From NCBI RefSeq assembly GCF_006345805.1, contig NC_043008.1, forward strand, positions 60,450,001-60,514,000: a DNA stretch of 64,000 nt. Reading direction: 5' to 3'. Positions within the stretch are counted from its first letter, which is position 1, and each line of letters opens with the position of its first letter. Below, piece after piece: positions 13,285 to 26,985 of this stretch. The DNA comes from Octopus sinensis. Lineage: Eukaryota. Made by a program: the position numbers and the translations under genes. Under the pieces are notes generated by a model. The model was not told the DNA's origin, did not search any database, and worked only from the letters and a program-made list of their open reading frames with translations.

Positions 13285-15339
13285 AGTATAGTAAAAAAAG
13301 AACTTTTTAGAATATTATTGAAAATGTGCAGAAGACAGGAAACATAAAATGGATGAAAGTTATGTGAACCATCTGGGGATCTTGAGTCTCCAATGCAGGC
13401 AGCGATGGGCTTGAAATGTTTGCTTTTGATATTTACATTCCACTCCGTGTGAGATACGGGTATTAAATCGGGATAATAACTTATAACTACGGATATCAAA
13501 TCGAAGCACCTGAGTTAGACTTATGTTATTTTCATAATGTCTCTTAAAAAATAAGAAATTGAATGACAATTGAGAAACACTTAACTATTTCCAACGTTCT
13601 GGTTTCTCTTGCTGCCTAGCTACATACCTACACACACACATATACATGTACACACACACATACACATACATACACAGAAACAGATAGACAGAGATACTGA
13701 TAGATAAATAAATAGATGGATAGATAGATTGATCTTCCACTGTGCAGCTCAAGAAACGAACGTAAAACCACAAGGTACACATAATTATTCTATTAGCCTT
13801 AAAAGCATTATTAATAAATTACTGCACACAAAAAATAAATCAGAATGAAATAGGAAAAATCTTTTGGGCATCACACCAATAAACGTCTATTTCTAGCATT
13901 ACAATTGTTTCTGTTTTTGTCTTGTACCAACAGAATCTCTGTCTGTTTTGTATAGTAGTCATATATCTTCGTAAGTATATAATTCATTAGGACATCGAAT
14001 GTTATAAAATGCACCCATCTCTAGAGTATTTTGTACATCTTTAGCGATTTCAGTTGAAACAAATAATAAGGGGTCAACGATAACTCAAAAATAGAAATGA
14101 TGAAATGAATACTAAAGAGAATAATCTTTTATATTAATCAACTGTTGAAACAACATCAAATTCATAAGTAAGGTAATCAACTAAGAGATACACGTAAATG
14201 AAAAATTGGAAACCAAACAAAAGCGGTTTCGCGAAAGTAATTGGGCGTAAGTAGAAAAATAAGTTTATAAAATATATAAATAGAGACACTACGAATACTG
14301 AGTTGGCTAAGCGATATACATATAAGCAAGTTCAGGAAAAGAACGGAATGAGAATAATAATTTAGATGCTACAAGTACGAAAAAAAAATTGAAACTGAAA
14401 TAAGAAACGAAAATTAAATTGAATAGGAACTGACGACAACCGTATGAGAAGCCCTAACAAAACGAATTGGAAATGAGCCCCTGGAAATGATAGACATACA
14501 GGTAATTACAGAGATGTGTATGATCCCAGCCAATGAACATCACACCCACACCATTTCTATCTAAAGATTTCAGCAGCATGAAACTCGAATGAGAAAACAT
14601 TACATTTCAATGAACACCATGTATTTAAAACACTCTTCTCATTTCCATGACATTCTGTTTGTGTATGTATGCATGTCTCTATGTATGTATATATATGTAT
14701 ATATATATACGGTGTAGATGTCAGCTTATTATTTAGTTAGATAAGAGATAGCGATGCACAGAGGTGGGGAATATATTTGTTTGTGTGTCCTTCATCAATT
14801 ATTTTCCTCCAGTTGTCAGATATGCAGCTTCAATACGATATATAAAAATCTATCAAAAGAATTATTTTCAACTGAGGCACAAACAAAGAGGAGAGCAGTT
14901 GATTTTTATGGAATAAACTCTTACGAATTTGTTGATCTTATTTTTACCTAGTCTCTGACCTGGAAATTAACTTGTAAAGCACATAAAGAAGGGTTTAATA
15001 TCAAAGAAAAATTATTAGAAACCCAAACACAGTTAAAAAAAAAATTAATAGAAAATAGAGCCATGTTTTTCATAGTGATCATAGAAATACATACACACAC
15101 ATACATACATGCATACATACCAACATACTTACAACTAAGAAACCACACACACACACACACAGACGCACCTACACATATATATAGATAGATGAAAGTGCGT
15201 GCGTTTGTAGTTCGTGTATAGACAGATGCATACACTGAAAGAGAGAGAGAGAGAGGCGTAGAGAAAATAATAATGAGAGAGAGAGATTAATTTAGGTAAA
15301 TAACAATATATAATTTATCAAACATTTATATAACCTATA

Positions 15340-15354
15340 TTTAATGTGTGTGTG

Positions 15355-15408
<54 letters not shown>

Positions 15409-15521
15409 TATAATATATATATGCATATAATATATGTATATAATATATATATCCTCGTTACAATATCATAAATCAGACGAGCATACCGTATAAAATATAT
15501 AAAATATATATATACAATATA

Positions 15522-15568
<47 letters not shown>

Positions 15569-15643
15569 CTGTTGCGGTAATATATATGCTTATGTTGAGA
15601 TAACAAAGGTATATGTATCTCACATATACTTAATCTGTCTGCC

Positions 15644-15676
<33 letters not shown>

Positions 15677-15680
15677 TAAC
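15340..15680. repeat. Degenerate (TA)n microsatellite cluster
   Basis: Direct inspection. Confidence 0.9.
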
Positions 15681-16190
15681 CCTACAAACACATTCACATA
15701 TCAAAATACACACATATATATGCGTGCGCGCGCGTGTCTGAACACAATGGCGAATTTAAATGTAGAAAAAGAATAAAAAATGATAATAAAATAATCGATC
15801 TATAAACACTGCAAAATGAATTTAATTGAATCACCAAATATTTCTCTTTGATGAATGATACTATATAGTTTCAACATACTTCAAAGAGTTTTCGTCGTGA
15901 AGATAATGTCATTTCTTCTTTACCTTCTAAAATATGTGTTGTATGCTCTTCTCTCTTTGGCGTACAATTAACACACATATTTACACACACTCACACATAT
16001 GCATGTCTATGATGTATGCATAATATATATGTGCGTATATGTGTAGAAGTATGGAAGAGCCATGCTAATCATTTAAATCACGCAAGCACTCATACATTTT
16101 CTTATTTGCATATAATATCATCTATTTATTAATATCCGTAACTCTGCCTTCGTAAAAATGTGCATAGCACTAAGGGAAGTAAATCAGATG

Positions 16191-16760
16191 TATTGGGTTG
16201 TCTGGAAAGTTCGTGCCGATTTATAGCAGCTTACCTCTCAACTTATTTTAGAACATGGTTGAGTCCATAAAATAGGATTTGACTACACGTCTATTTAGAG
16301 CAGAGTATAAGCTATCTTTCCGTGGAAGAAGGTTTATGTTCCTATAACCTGTGTTAATTCTGTAACCTTTTAAAATGGCAGATAAGAAAGCTCATTTTCG
16401 GCACTTGTGGATTTGGGAACCAGACAAAAATTGTTGCAGCTCGGCTGGGATATGTTACCCCACACTCCATATTCACCAGATATTGCTGCTTCGGATTTCC
16501 ACTTACTCAGGTCTCTGCAGAATAATCTTAATGGTAAAAATTTCAATTCCTTAGATGACGTAAAACGATACTTTGATGACTCCTTTGCCATGAAGCTCTC
16601 TCAATTCTGGGAAGAGGATATTTTTATGTTAAAGGAAAGATGGAGACGCATTTTGCAACAAAATGGTTCATATTTGGTTGATTAAAAATGTAATGGCAAG
16701 TATTTATTGCCATTTTTCTTTTTTTTTTAAATCGCCACGAACTTTCCGGGCAACCCAATA
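16191..16760 (+). mobile_element. Non-autonomous mariner deletion derivative (570 bp including TA TSDs)
   Basis: TIRs TA|TTGGGTTGTCTGGAAAGTTCGTGCCGATTT and AAATCGCCACGAACTTTCCGGGCAACCCAA|TA. N-terminal MADKKAHFRHL (ATG at 16375) is fused to C-terminal TRQKLLQLGWDMLPHTPYSPDIAASDFHLLRSLQN...NGSY (mariner YSPDLAPSD motif). Confidence 0.95.
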
Positions 16761-17055
16761 GTATAGGAGAAACTGTTCTGTGATATGGTGTTGGCGCTAG
16801 CGGACAGAGTTAAAATAGTAGTTGTCATAGGAGAGACAGTGACTGTGACGTTGGCGGTAATCATGATGAATGACTAAAGTGAGAGAGAGAAGAAAGAGAA
16901 AGACATAGAGAGAACCGATGGTAAAACGAGTCTAAGAGGCGAGAGGTAGTGTGACAAATCTGGCTTTTTCTCTATCGACCACCAGACTACCAAATAACCT
17001 TACACACTGCTGGATACACAGCTCCTCCATTCTTCTCACGATTGCTTATTTTTTT

Positions 17056-17444
17056 CCTGTGTGGAAAAAAGCATGCTACCCAACCACATGACTCAGGGCT
17101 CAGTCCCACAGCATGGATCTCTGGGCAAGTGTCTTCTACTATAGCCTCGGGCCGACCAAAGCCTTGCCAGTGGATCTGGTAGTCGAAAACTGAAAGAAGT
17201 CCGTCGTATTATCTGTGTGTGTATTTGTGTCAGTGTTTGTACCCATATCACCGCTTGACAACCGCTGTTGGCGTGTTAATGTCCCCATAACTTAGCGGTG
17301 CGTAAAAAAATGTACCCGGCATAGTAAGTACTAGGTTCACAAAGAATAAGTCTTGGAGGACGATTTCTTCCACTAAAACCCTTTAAGGTGTTGCTCCAGC
17401 AGGGCAGCAGTCAAATGAATGAGCCAATTGAAAGAGAAAAAGAA
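17056..17444 (+). mobile_element. SINE group A (diverged, plus strand)
   Basis: ctgtgtgg...ggctcagtccc...gggcaagtgtcttctactatagcctcgggccgaccaaagcc...ctccagca...gtcaaatga. Collinear with the other group A copies. Confidence 0.88.
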
Positions 17445-18002
17445 TGTCATCGCATCTACTTCGAGGTTTTCCGAATACTAATTCGCAAGAGGGCACTGTT
17501 GTCTCTAAATATTACATTATTTTCGACGCAGCGGAAGTTGAGCCTTCATTATGCCGCAATCACATCGTTCACGCCAATTCGTTGTCAAATTACCTCGTTT
17601 TGCTTTTTTTCTCACACTTAGCATATTTGTAGCATCGATTTTTCTACGGACCTCTGTATCGAAGCTAGTTACTGTTATTCCTTCTTCATAGCAGCACAGG
17701 TTTCACTTGCATATAAAAGTGCAGGTAGGATGTTGCTATTGAAGAAATTGGCACACAAGTTCTTGTTCAGCTACGTTTGTTATATCATTCTCACGTTACT
17801 CATAAATCGATCTTCGTGTAATTTAAATACCTGGATTGCGTCATTTAAATATTTGTAAACGCAATGTATCAATTAACTATTTATTAACGTGGAAATTTCT
17901 TTTGTTTGGCGTTTATTGGTATATCAAGAATGGGGAGAATAAATTGATATATGTTAATAGATGCAGGAATTGTTGTGTAATAAGAAGATTGCTTCTTATT
18001 AC

Positions 18003-18590
18003 ACGAGCTGGCAGAAACGTTTGCACGCTGGGCGAAATGCTTAGCAGTATTTCATCTGCCGCTACGTTCTGAGTTCAAATTCCGCCGAGGTCGACTCTGC
18101 CTTTCATCCTTTCGGGGACGATTACATAAGTACCAGTTACGCACTGGGGTCGATATAATCGTCTTAATCCGTTTGTCTGTCCTTGTTTGTCCCCTCTGTG
18201 CTTAGCCCCTTGTGGGTAGTAAAAAATAGGTATTTCGTCTGCCATTACGTTCTGAGTTCAAATTCCGTCGAGGTCGACTTTGCCTTTCATTCTTTCGGGG
18301 TGGATAAATTAAGTACCAGTTACATACTGGAGTCGATGTAATCGACTTAATCCCTTTGTCTGTCTTTGTTTGTCCCCTCTGTGCTTAGCCCCTTGTGAGT
18401 AGTAAAAAAAATAGGTATTTCGTCTGCCGTTACGTTCTGAGTTCAAATTCCGCCGAGGTCGACTTTGCCTTTCATTCTTTCGGGATGGATAAATTAAGTA
18501 CCAGTTACATACTGGGGTCGATGTAATCGACTTAATCCCTTTGTCTGTCCCTGCTTGTCCCTTCTATGTTTAACCCCTTGTGGGCAATAA
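18003..18590 (+). mobile_element. SINE group C with three tandem ~184-bp body units
   Basis: One head (gagctggcagaaacgtt), then units starting gtatttc at about 18047, 18230 and 18415, each with gagttcaaattccg and the core and tail. Confidence 0.92.
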
Positions 18591-18810
18591 ATAATATTGC
18601 TTCACAACAAAATGATTACAGACTCCAACCCATTATGCGATAGATTGTGCATGTAACTACTCCTATGGCTACAAAATTATGAAAGGAGTTGCTGAACGGA
18701 AATACGACCATCGCGTGCGTGTATTTATACATACATACATACATGCAAATATACATGCATATATACGTATATATATATATGTATATATATACAGACATAT
18801 ACATACAGAC

Positions 18811-18847
<37 letters not shown>

Positions 18848-18868
18848 AGGTCACTTTCGAGTGCTACT

Positions 18869-19075
18869 GGTAACATGTAACCCAGTACAACCTGTTACAT
18901 GGTTGGGCCGTCGGCGACTAAACCGGCAACCCCACCAAGCTTGCTTGGTGAGGATGGTGAAAAACAAAACCCGTCAAAGAGCGGAGGAATTCTTGAGAGT
19001 CAACGGCCATCCAATAAATGTCTTAAGGCTGTATCATGCGCGGGGACATAGAAATAATGGGACTGAATACCCGAT
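18869..19075 (+). repeat. Unclassified interspersed repeat (possibly a LINE 5' region), copy 1
   Basis: Clearly homologous to the reverse complement of 32361-32577 (cccagtacaacctg...ggcgactaaaccggcaacccc...aaaacccgtcaaag...gactgaatacccgat). Class not established. Confidence 0.7.
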
Positions 19076-19519
19076 GTAAAATTATTTATCAACTGCTCTA
19101 CAGGCATTAATATGTTGATGAAGGCTAATAACCTGGAACGTGTCCATAGTTGTCTTTCGCCTGCAAACAAATACTACAATTACTTTACTTTATACTTGTG
19201 AATTAAATTTGAGATATTATTTCTTAATTTTTAGAAAATATCAATTGCCATTCCTTTATTTGCGTGTCGATAGTAGTTGCCGTAAGTTGGATTACCCTCG
19301 CTAAATAAGTATGAAATTTCAGTTAAGATTTTATGCGTACAGAATTCTGCAGTAAATCGCACTCATACGCACCTAGATACACGTAGACATGTGTGCGTGC
19401 GTGCCTTGCTGTAAAACTGGGAATGTCGTGCCTGTGAAATTATATCGGCAATAATGAAGCTATGCAAATAAGCAAATGTACTTCTGGATAGTTTTAATAA
19501 CCTAATTCCTGTTAATACA

Positions 19520-19573
19520 TACACACACATACATATATATATATGTATAAGTATATATATTTATATATATGTG

Positions 19574-19605
<32 letters not shown>

Positions 19606-19645
19606 ATTATATATATAACATATATATATATATATATTTATATAT

Positions 19646-19676
<31 letters not shown>

Positions 19677-19907
19677 GTATATATATATATTGTATATATA
19701 TATATGTATATATATGTATATAATATGTATATATATATCTGTATATATATATGTATATATATGTATATATATATGTATATATATATATATGTATGTATTA
19801 TGTATATATATATGTATATATATATATGTATATATATATATAACTTAGAAAACTTATGTATATATATGTATATATATATATGTATATATATATGTATATA
19901 TGAATAT

Positions 19908-19948
<41 letters not shown>

Positions 19949-20071
19949 TTATATATAATATATGTATATATATATATGTGTATATATATATATATATGCG
20001 TGTGTTATATATATATGTGTGTGTATGTATATATATATATATGTATATCTGCATATGTATATGTATATATA

Positions 20072-20115
<44 letters not shown>
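19520..20115. repeat. ~600-bp (TA)n/(TATG)n tract
   Basis: Direct inspection. Confidence 0.95.
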
Positions 20116-20119
<4 letters not shown>

Positions 20120-21109
20120 GCGAAAGCAAGTAACTTACATAGGCTGCTTCTTCTCTCGTCATATACTGATACCGGAATGTCCTCAAATTAGTACGGCAAA
20201 CGATCACAGAAAACAACCTGCGCATTGATGCAATCATTTTACGCTTGGTCTACTTACGAGAGCGAAAAAAAAAAAAAAAAAAAAAAAAAAACAAAAAAAA
20301 AAGAGCGACAGTGTTTGGATGAAAAAGTTCAATCGAACAGTGATTTATAATCATTGAACTGATAATCTATTTAAAATGATGTCTTTTTAAATAGGACTAC
20401 ATGCTGCTTTACTTCAATCGTGATGAAGAAAGAATAAAAAAAAAATAAAAAAAACAGCTGTGCACTTGATATGAACTGGAAATTCATCTGCATATATTTC
20501 CGCATCACTGAACAGAAAATTTTCGAAACTTCACAGTAGAATGCTGGTCGAATCACTTTTCTTAATATGATAGCTGGAATTAATTCGTCACAATTGTCCT
20601 ACTATAAGGTAACAGAATCTCTAATTTCGTTTGCGTTGTTAAATTAATTACCCCGGTGTAATTGCTGATGGTAACTAGCGATGGCATAGCTTGCCTGGGT
20701 ATCCTGAAATGCTAAACATAATACGATATTAAATCTAGTAATACATATCATATTATTATTATTATTATTATTATCATTATTATTATTATTATTATTATTG
20801 TTATTATCTTAAATTAATGAAATATCTATCTCATTTCTTAGAATGAGATTCAATTATGGATCGATTACTTCGGTGATGAGTGTAGAATTTTTAATCATTC
20901 GCTCTTCGATGTGTGTATATAATAAAGATTGATAAGGCTGGGATGATTGCGATAACGAGAAAGGAATTTAGCGTTAACAGATCTCCGCTGAATTTCTTGT
21001 TTAAATTAAAAGTAACATGTCAAAGTATATATATTGAAAGACATCGATATCTGATTCAGCGGTTTTCCACAATTAACTTTATTAAAAATGAAGAAAGAAA
21101 ATAATCTCA

Positions 21110-21126
21110 TTAAATTATATATATAA

Positions 21127-21157
<31 letters not shown>

Positions 21158-21499
21158 TCATACATATATATACATATATATATACATATATATATATAAT
21201 ATATATACATACATATATATATATACATATATACATACATATATATATATACATACATATATATATATATATATATACATACATGCATATATATATATAT
21301 ATATACATATATACATACATGTATATATATATACATATTATATATACATACAACATATATATACATATATACATACATATATATATATAATATACATATA
21401 TATATATATTATATATATACATATATACATATATATATATATATACATATATACATATATACATAAATATATATAAATTATATATATATACATACATAT

Positions 21500-21576
<77 letters not shown>

Positions 21577-21635
21577 ATATACATATATATATAATATATA
21601 TATATATATTATATACACATATAATATATATATAT
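21110..21635. repeat. (TA)n/(TACA)n tract
   Basis: Direct inspection. Confidence 0.95.
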
Positions 21636-21640
21636 GAATC

Positions 21641-22060
21641 GTGGAGGCGGAATGGCCCCTAGCGTTTAGGGCAGCGGACTCGCGGTTGTAGAATCGCGGT
21701 TTCGATTCCAAGACCGGGTGTTGTGAGTGTTTATTAATCGAAAACACCTACAGATCCACGATGTTCCGGTAAGGGCTGGTGGCGAATCTAACTATAAACG
21801 TTACGACGTGTCATAGAATACAATAATAAAAAAGCACTAAGTCCTTCCGTAACAACTTTCTCGCACTCTTTCTTCCTGTTTTTGTTGTACCTGTACTTGA
21901 AAGGGCCAGCCTGGTGTCACGTTCAATCTCCCTGAGAAACTACCTCAAGGGCACTCGTGTCTGTGGAGTGCTCAGCCACTTGCACGTTAATTTCACGAGC
22001 TGGCTGTTCCGTTGGTTGGATCAACTGGAACCCTCGTTGTCACCACCGACAGAGGGCCGC
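21641..22060 (+). mobile_element. tRNA-derived SINE, group B (head H1 + tail T1)
   Basis: GTGGAGGCGGAATGGCCCCTAGCGTTTAGGGCAGCGGACTCGCGG...GGTTTCGATTCC, then a tail with gtctgtggagtgctcagccacttgcacg...ggatcaactggaaccctcg. Confidence 0.88.
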
Positions 22061-23576
22061 GATATATAAATCATAGTAAGTCTGTGTATAATGACTATAG
22101 GCTTTTGGTTAGAGGATATTATAAAAGTGACAGGATTTTGTCCATTTATTTATTTCGACTGTTTTCTATACTTTTAAAATCTATATGGTAGTATATTTTT
22201 TAGTTGTTTTCACAATTTTTCGATATATTTTTTATCTATATGCTTAACCGTCCAAATTACGCGTGCATTTGCTAGTATATATTTATAATTAAAACTATAC
22301 GTAATGTATAAGTTGTTTAATTCGGGGTCAGACGTAAATTAAAATCGACATATATTCCTTGTACATAAAACATTTCACTGAAATTTCGATCTGCATGAGA
22401 TATTCGCCTACATTTCACAAATTTAAGATTTTGACAAATTAAATCTTATCTTCTCCAAAGATTAAATCGTTGTAGCCATTCACTAAGAAAAGCAAATGGA
22501 ATACTGAAAACTATAAACAAATTATTTCTCTGCATACGAGGAAAAGTGAGCTTTTAGCACTTTATTTCTTTAATATCTGTGTGTGTGCAAGAGAGAGAAG
22601 AGACGGGAGAGAAAGAGGGAGAGAGAAAGAGAAAGAGACAGGGAGACTGAGGCGGGGCTTCGTCTTATTTCACCATTATTATATTTATAAACATCGGATT
22701 TATTAAATTACCGAAGACTGGATATTTAGTTATGTTTCTGCTATATTTCTTGCTAATAAAGTCGACTAATTCGCTCTAGGCTTTCCTCTAACTTCATTTG
22801 AGTATAAAAGGCAGTAAAAACAAAGTTTAGTTTTGTTCAGGGAGATTACACAGAGACATTTGAAATAAGAAGTGTCAACCGTTTCAACGAAGCGATTAAT
22901 TTCGTAAGCTGATTATTTATCTCTAATTTAATTTACGTGCTGGCTTCCTTCGATCCACAATTCAAAATTAATTATTAATTATTGCACTACATTTGCATTT
23001 CCGCTTTTTGCAATTTTATGTTTATAACGCTGGATCAACCAGCAGCAACATCTACGATATATTCTCCTTCTTCAGTTTGGTTAATATGCATGGAAGGTTA
23101 CCTTAGCGATGAATTATTCGGAGTGGTTTATTAACTTTCAATAACTCAAAAATAATATTAACTTCGTATTAAGTGCGCTCGAATACTCTGCCTTTAGCTC
23201 TCAACTCTCTGCAACCCTTGGCGTTTCATATGCTCATATGTACGGAACAGCACATTTTATGGCGTGATGGAAATAAATTTACGAAAAATTTCCGCTGAGA
23301 TTTTTGTTCTTGCAGAATTAACTCTCTAAAACGAAAACAGTTTTAAAGAAACCAGCATATTTTGTGGGAGACAGTTTAGCTAAATATATCCACCCATAGT
23401 ATATAAACTCAGATAAGTGAAAGGCAAAATCAACTGTTGGTAGGTTCAAATTTAGACCCTAAATAACTGTCAACAGATTGCTGTTTGAAATAAAAAAGTT
23501 CAGCGTTAGTCACAACATCAGCAATTTTGAGATATGCTGTTCGTTTCTCGTCTGATACTTTATTTCATCAACGCTA

Positions 23577-23672
23577 CGAGGATGAAATTAAAGTTGATCT
23601 CGGCAGTGATTTGAACTCAGAACGTAAAGAACGGGAATAACACATGATGGCCATTTTGTTCGATCGTCTAAC
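23577..23672 (-). mobile_element. Old SINE group C fragment
   Basis: gatgaaattaaagttgatctcggcagtgatttgaactcagaacgtaa aligns to the reverse complement of the group C core. Confidence 0.65.
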
Positions 23673-24314
23673 GAATATGACCAAAATTCCAATACTGCTT
23701 ATGTTAAGTGGAGAGACCCTGTAAAAATTCTCTGAAAATATAACTCTGCCGTACTTTGAAATCCGAAATAAGAGATCGCTATCAAACGTTCTCGTTTCCA
23801 TAAAATAAAATGGAATAATATGGTATTCAGTAGAAGCAAATGAAAAAACCACGGTGTTAAAATAAAATACTTTGGTGATTTATAAAGGAAGACATTCTAT
23901 GAATAAAAGTTAAGAAGGGAGATGATAAGTCCTATTATCTTCTTTTTACTCTATATTTATCCTCAAATATCTCTTTAGATAAGGCACAGCGATACTATCC
24001 ACCAGGTGAGAATTAGTTTCAATAACTCCCCCGTTAAATTGTGTGTACTATTTTGGTTAAATAGAATAAGACTTTCTTTTACTGCATCGTTTATAGACGG
24101 TTAACTTTCTCAATAAGATATAGGCCCGCACAGACATACACACATGTGGAAGGAAACTACGAAACTAACACATACAGATTAACAAGCAAACATACAGAGA
24201 TACTGTATATATCTATACAAAAGTGTGCTGATTTCTATAAAATAAATCAAACTGAAAACAACACGCCACACACACACTAAAATATATATATGTGTATATA
24301 TATATGTATGTAGA

Positions 24315-25119
24315 CGAGGGTGTACCCAAAAAAACCCCGGAATTTTGCAATAGTATCTAACTCAGTTTTACATGTTTACACTTTTACCGTCTTCACAGTA
24401 TTCTCCATTTGAAGCAATGAATCGGTCCAGACGCATTTCCCACTGTTCGAAGCAGTCCTGGACCTCTTGCAAAGTGATGCCTTTTAACGTCTCTATCGGT
24501 TTTTTTCTTCACCTCTTCTACACATGCAAAACGTCTTTCTTTAAGGACGTTTTACTTCGGGAGAACCAAAAAATATCGCAGGAGCAAGATCAAGTGAATA
24601 GGGAGGATGAGTAAGTGAGGTCATGCCATTTTTGGTCAAAACATATTTTGGTTAAAAACAAGGCGATGTATGGAGGCCCATTGTCATGATGAAACTCTCC
24701 ACTCTGCTACAGGTCGGGATGTTTTCGTCTCACCATGTCTCGCAAACGCTGCAGATCAGTGAAGAAAAATGCCTGGCTAACTGTTTGAGCAGTAGGAAAA
24801 AATATCTGTATGGACAATTCCTTTCGCAGTGATCAAACAAATCAGCATAGTCTTGACACAGGACTTCACTTGATGCGCTTTTTGAGGCGTGGTGACATCA
24901 AATGCTTCCATCGACCTGATTGTGGCTTTGTTTCCACGTCGTAGCCGTAGTACCAGCTTTTGTAGCCAATGACGACTTTCTGAAACAGTCCGGATCAACT
25001 GTATGACATGAGACAATGACGCCTGAGGGCGGCATCAAGTTGCTTCTAGCGGCTGGAGCCTGAGATACAACAGGCGTGTCCCACAGAGAATATTCCGCTT
25101 ACTTTTGGGTACCTCCTAG
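24315..25119 (-). mobile_element. Second mariner family, internally deleted (~805 bp)
   Basis: Imperfect TIRs share TACCCAAAA...CGGAAT; right TA at 25120-25121. Minus-strand remnants: KAHQVKSCVKTMLIC...KGIVH, LQRLRDMVRRKHPDL, FHHDNG, HPPYSLDLAP, CFEQW...ASNGEY. Confidence 0.92.
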
Positions 25120-25879
25120 TATATGCACACAAACACCCCCTCCCCACACACACATGTGTATGTAACCACACGAACACACAAAGATTTAATGCAAGTACGT
25201 AGTTATAATACCAAAATAGTTACCAACTACACATACATCGAACATTTTATTCAGCTGTTACTTTTTGTTTTATGCAATTAAATTTACTAAATCACTTATA
25301 CATACCATTCGAGGCTCACACACAAACGCACAAACACACACTCTCTCCCATATGCATACACAAAAGCAGACACACGTACACATACACACATATATACATA
25401 CATACACCCACACATCTTTATACTTACATACATGCCCCAGCCCACATATATATATTTCACATTTCCGGAAATTACACGTGATTATTAATCATTACATTCT
25501 TTTCCTCAGTAAATTTCAACCAAACTTCCAGAGTCAGTCTGTAAATGGTCTTAAGAAATCTTTCAGACGCCAGATTATTTTTCGAAGTAACGGTAAAACT
25601 ACAATTATATGTTTTTCTTGATATGTGCCGTCTACACAATCAAAATCTAAAATCCACCAGAGAAGGAAAAAAAATTATAAAAGCTAGCAACATAGTAGTA
25701 ATAATAATAATAATGACCGATTTTTAGCATATACATACATACATACATATATATATATAGATGGAGATAAATTCATAAACACATACATAGACATACATTC
25801 ATATACATATATAAGTATACATGTACACACCCATACATATATGTATGTGTGTATATACATATATATGTTTTTAAAATGT

Positions 25880-25956
<77 letters not shown>

Positions 25957-26083
25957 CGGATATAAATTGATAAAACTTACATAGACACACACATAATATA
26001 TATACATATATAATTATACCTCACACATATATATATGTATGTGTTTGTATATATACTTATATGCTTTTAAAATGTTATATAAG

Positions 26084-26124
<41 letters not shown>

Positions 26125-26480
26125 TAATACTATACATATGCGTAGTGTTTTACAAATGTCTGGTACATTTTTTTACATTATTTTCGCACTTGTTTTTTAC
26201 ATTTTAGTTCAACTTGAAACTTTTCGCATAAATCACAGCGCAACTTGATTTCACTGATAATAATTGCATCATAGTTTAGATTAAATATTCTTATGTTTTC
26301 GTTGCATCTGTGTACGTATATTTGTCATATATGTGTATGTGTGTATGTATGTGCGAACATTCGTAAACCCACAGTTATTCAGAGAAACACCAACATATGT
26401 ATGCGTTTGTACATACAAAAGATTGTATGTGAATGTGCCACTCCATCTTTCAGATATTCTGATTATGGATGGCAGAAGAA

Positions 26481-26530
<50 letters not shown>

Positions 26531-26869
26531 TATATAAATTTGTTTGTTATTGCAGTGCCACATTATAATCTTATTTCTTGAAACTTTATTTGAATCACAT
26601 GAAAAAAAAAGGCCAAAAATAATCGCAATCCAAGATAGGAACATTAAGTGGCTCTTAAGAAGAGAGGATGCCTACAAGAAATTAGGAGTTAGTTCCCAAA
26701 TAAACCTTTAAGCTAATGGAATGTAAATAAACAGCCTATTGCATCCAGCTCTTCACTTAAACATCAAAATTCATGTAGCTTGCTAACGCTAGATATTTAT
26801 CTTATCAAAGGTCCTTCCCAAGCGACAGGGTCAGAAGGCCTCGTTCTGGATACTTTGGCGTATGTATTC

Positions 26870-26985
26870 TCTGACTAGAGCAGCGTGAAATGAAATGTCT
26901 TACACAACGCATCGCAGGGTACAGAAAGCGAACCTATAATTTTACGATCGTGAGCAAAACGCCTGGTCTCTAAGCGGGAGCCTGT
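26870..26985 (-). mobile_element. Degenerate SINE group B (H2 type) fragment
   Basis: gagcagcgtgaaatgaaatgtc...acacaacgcatcgc...ttttacgatcgtgag resembles 62840-62950. Confidence 0.55.

Noticed and set aside
14420-14505. CTGACGA...GAAA pair
   Set aside because: There is no stem I complement after any candidate NUH.
18003-18590. CRISPR-like appearance of regular repeats
   Set aside because: The units are contiguous SINE bodies with no unique spacers, the DNA is eukaryotic, and there are no cas genes.
22645-22660. GC-box (GAGGCGGGGC) as a promoter
   Set aside because: A single short motif with no supporting transcription-start evidence.
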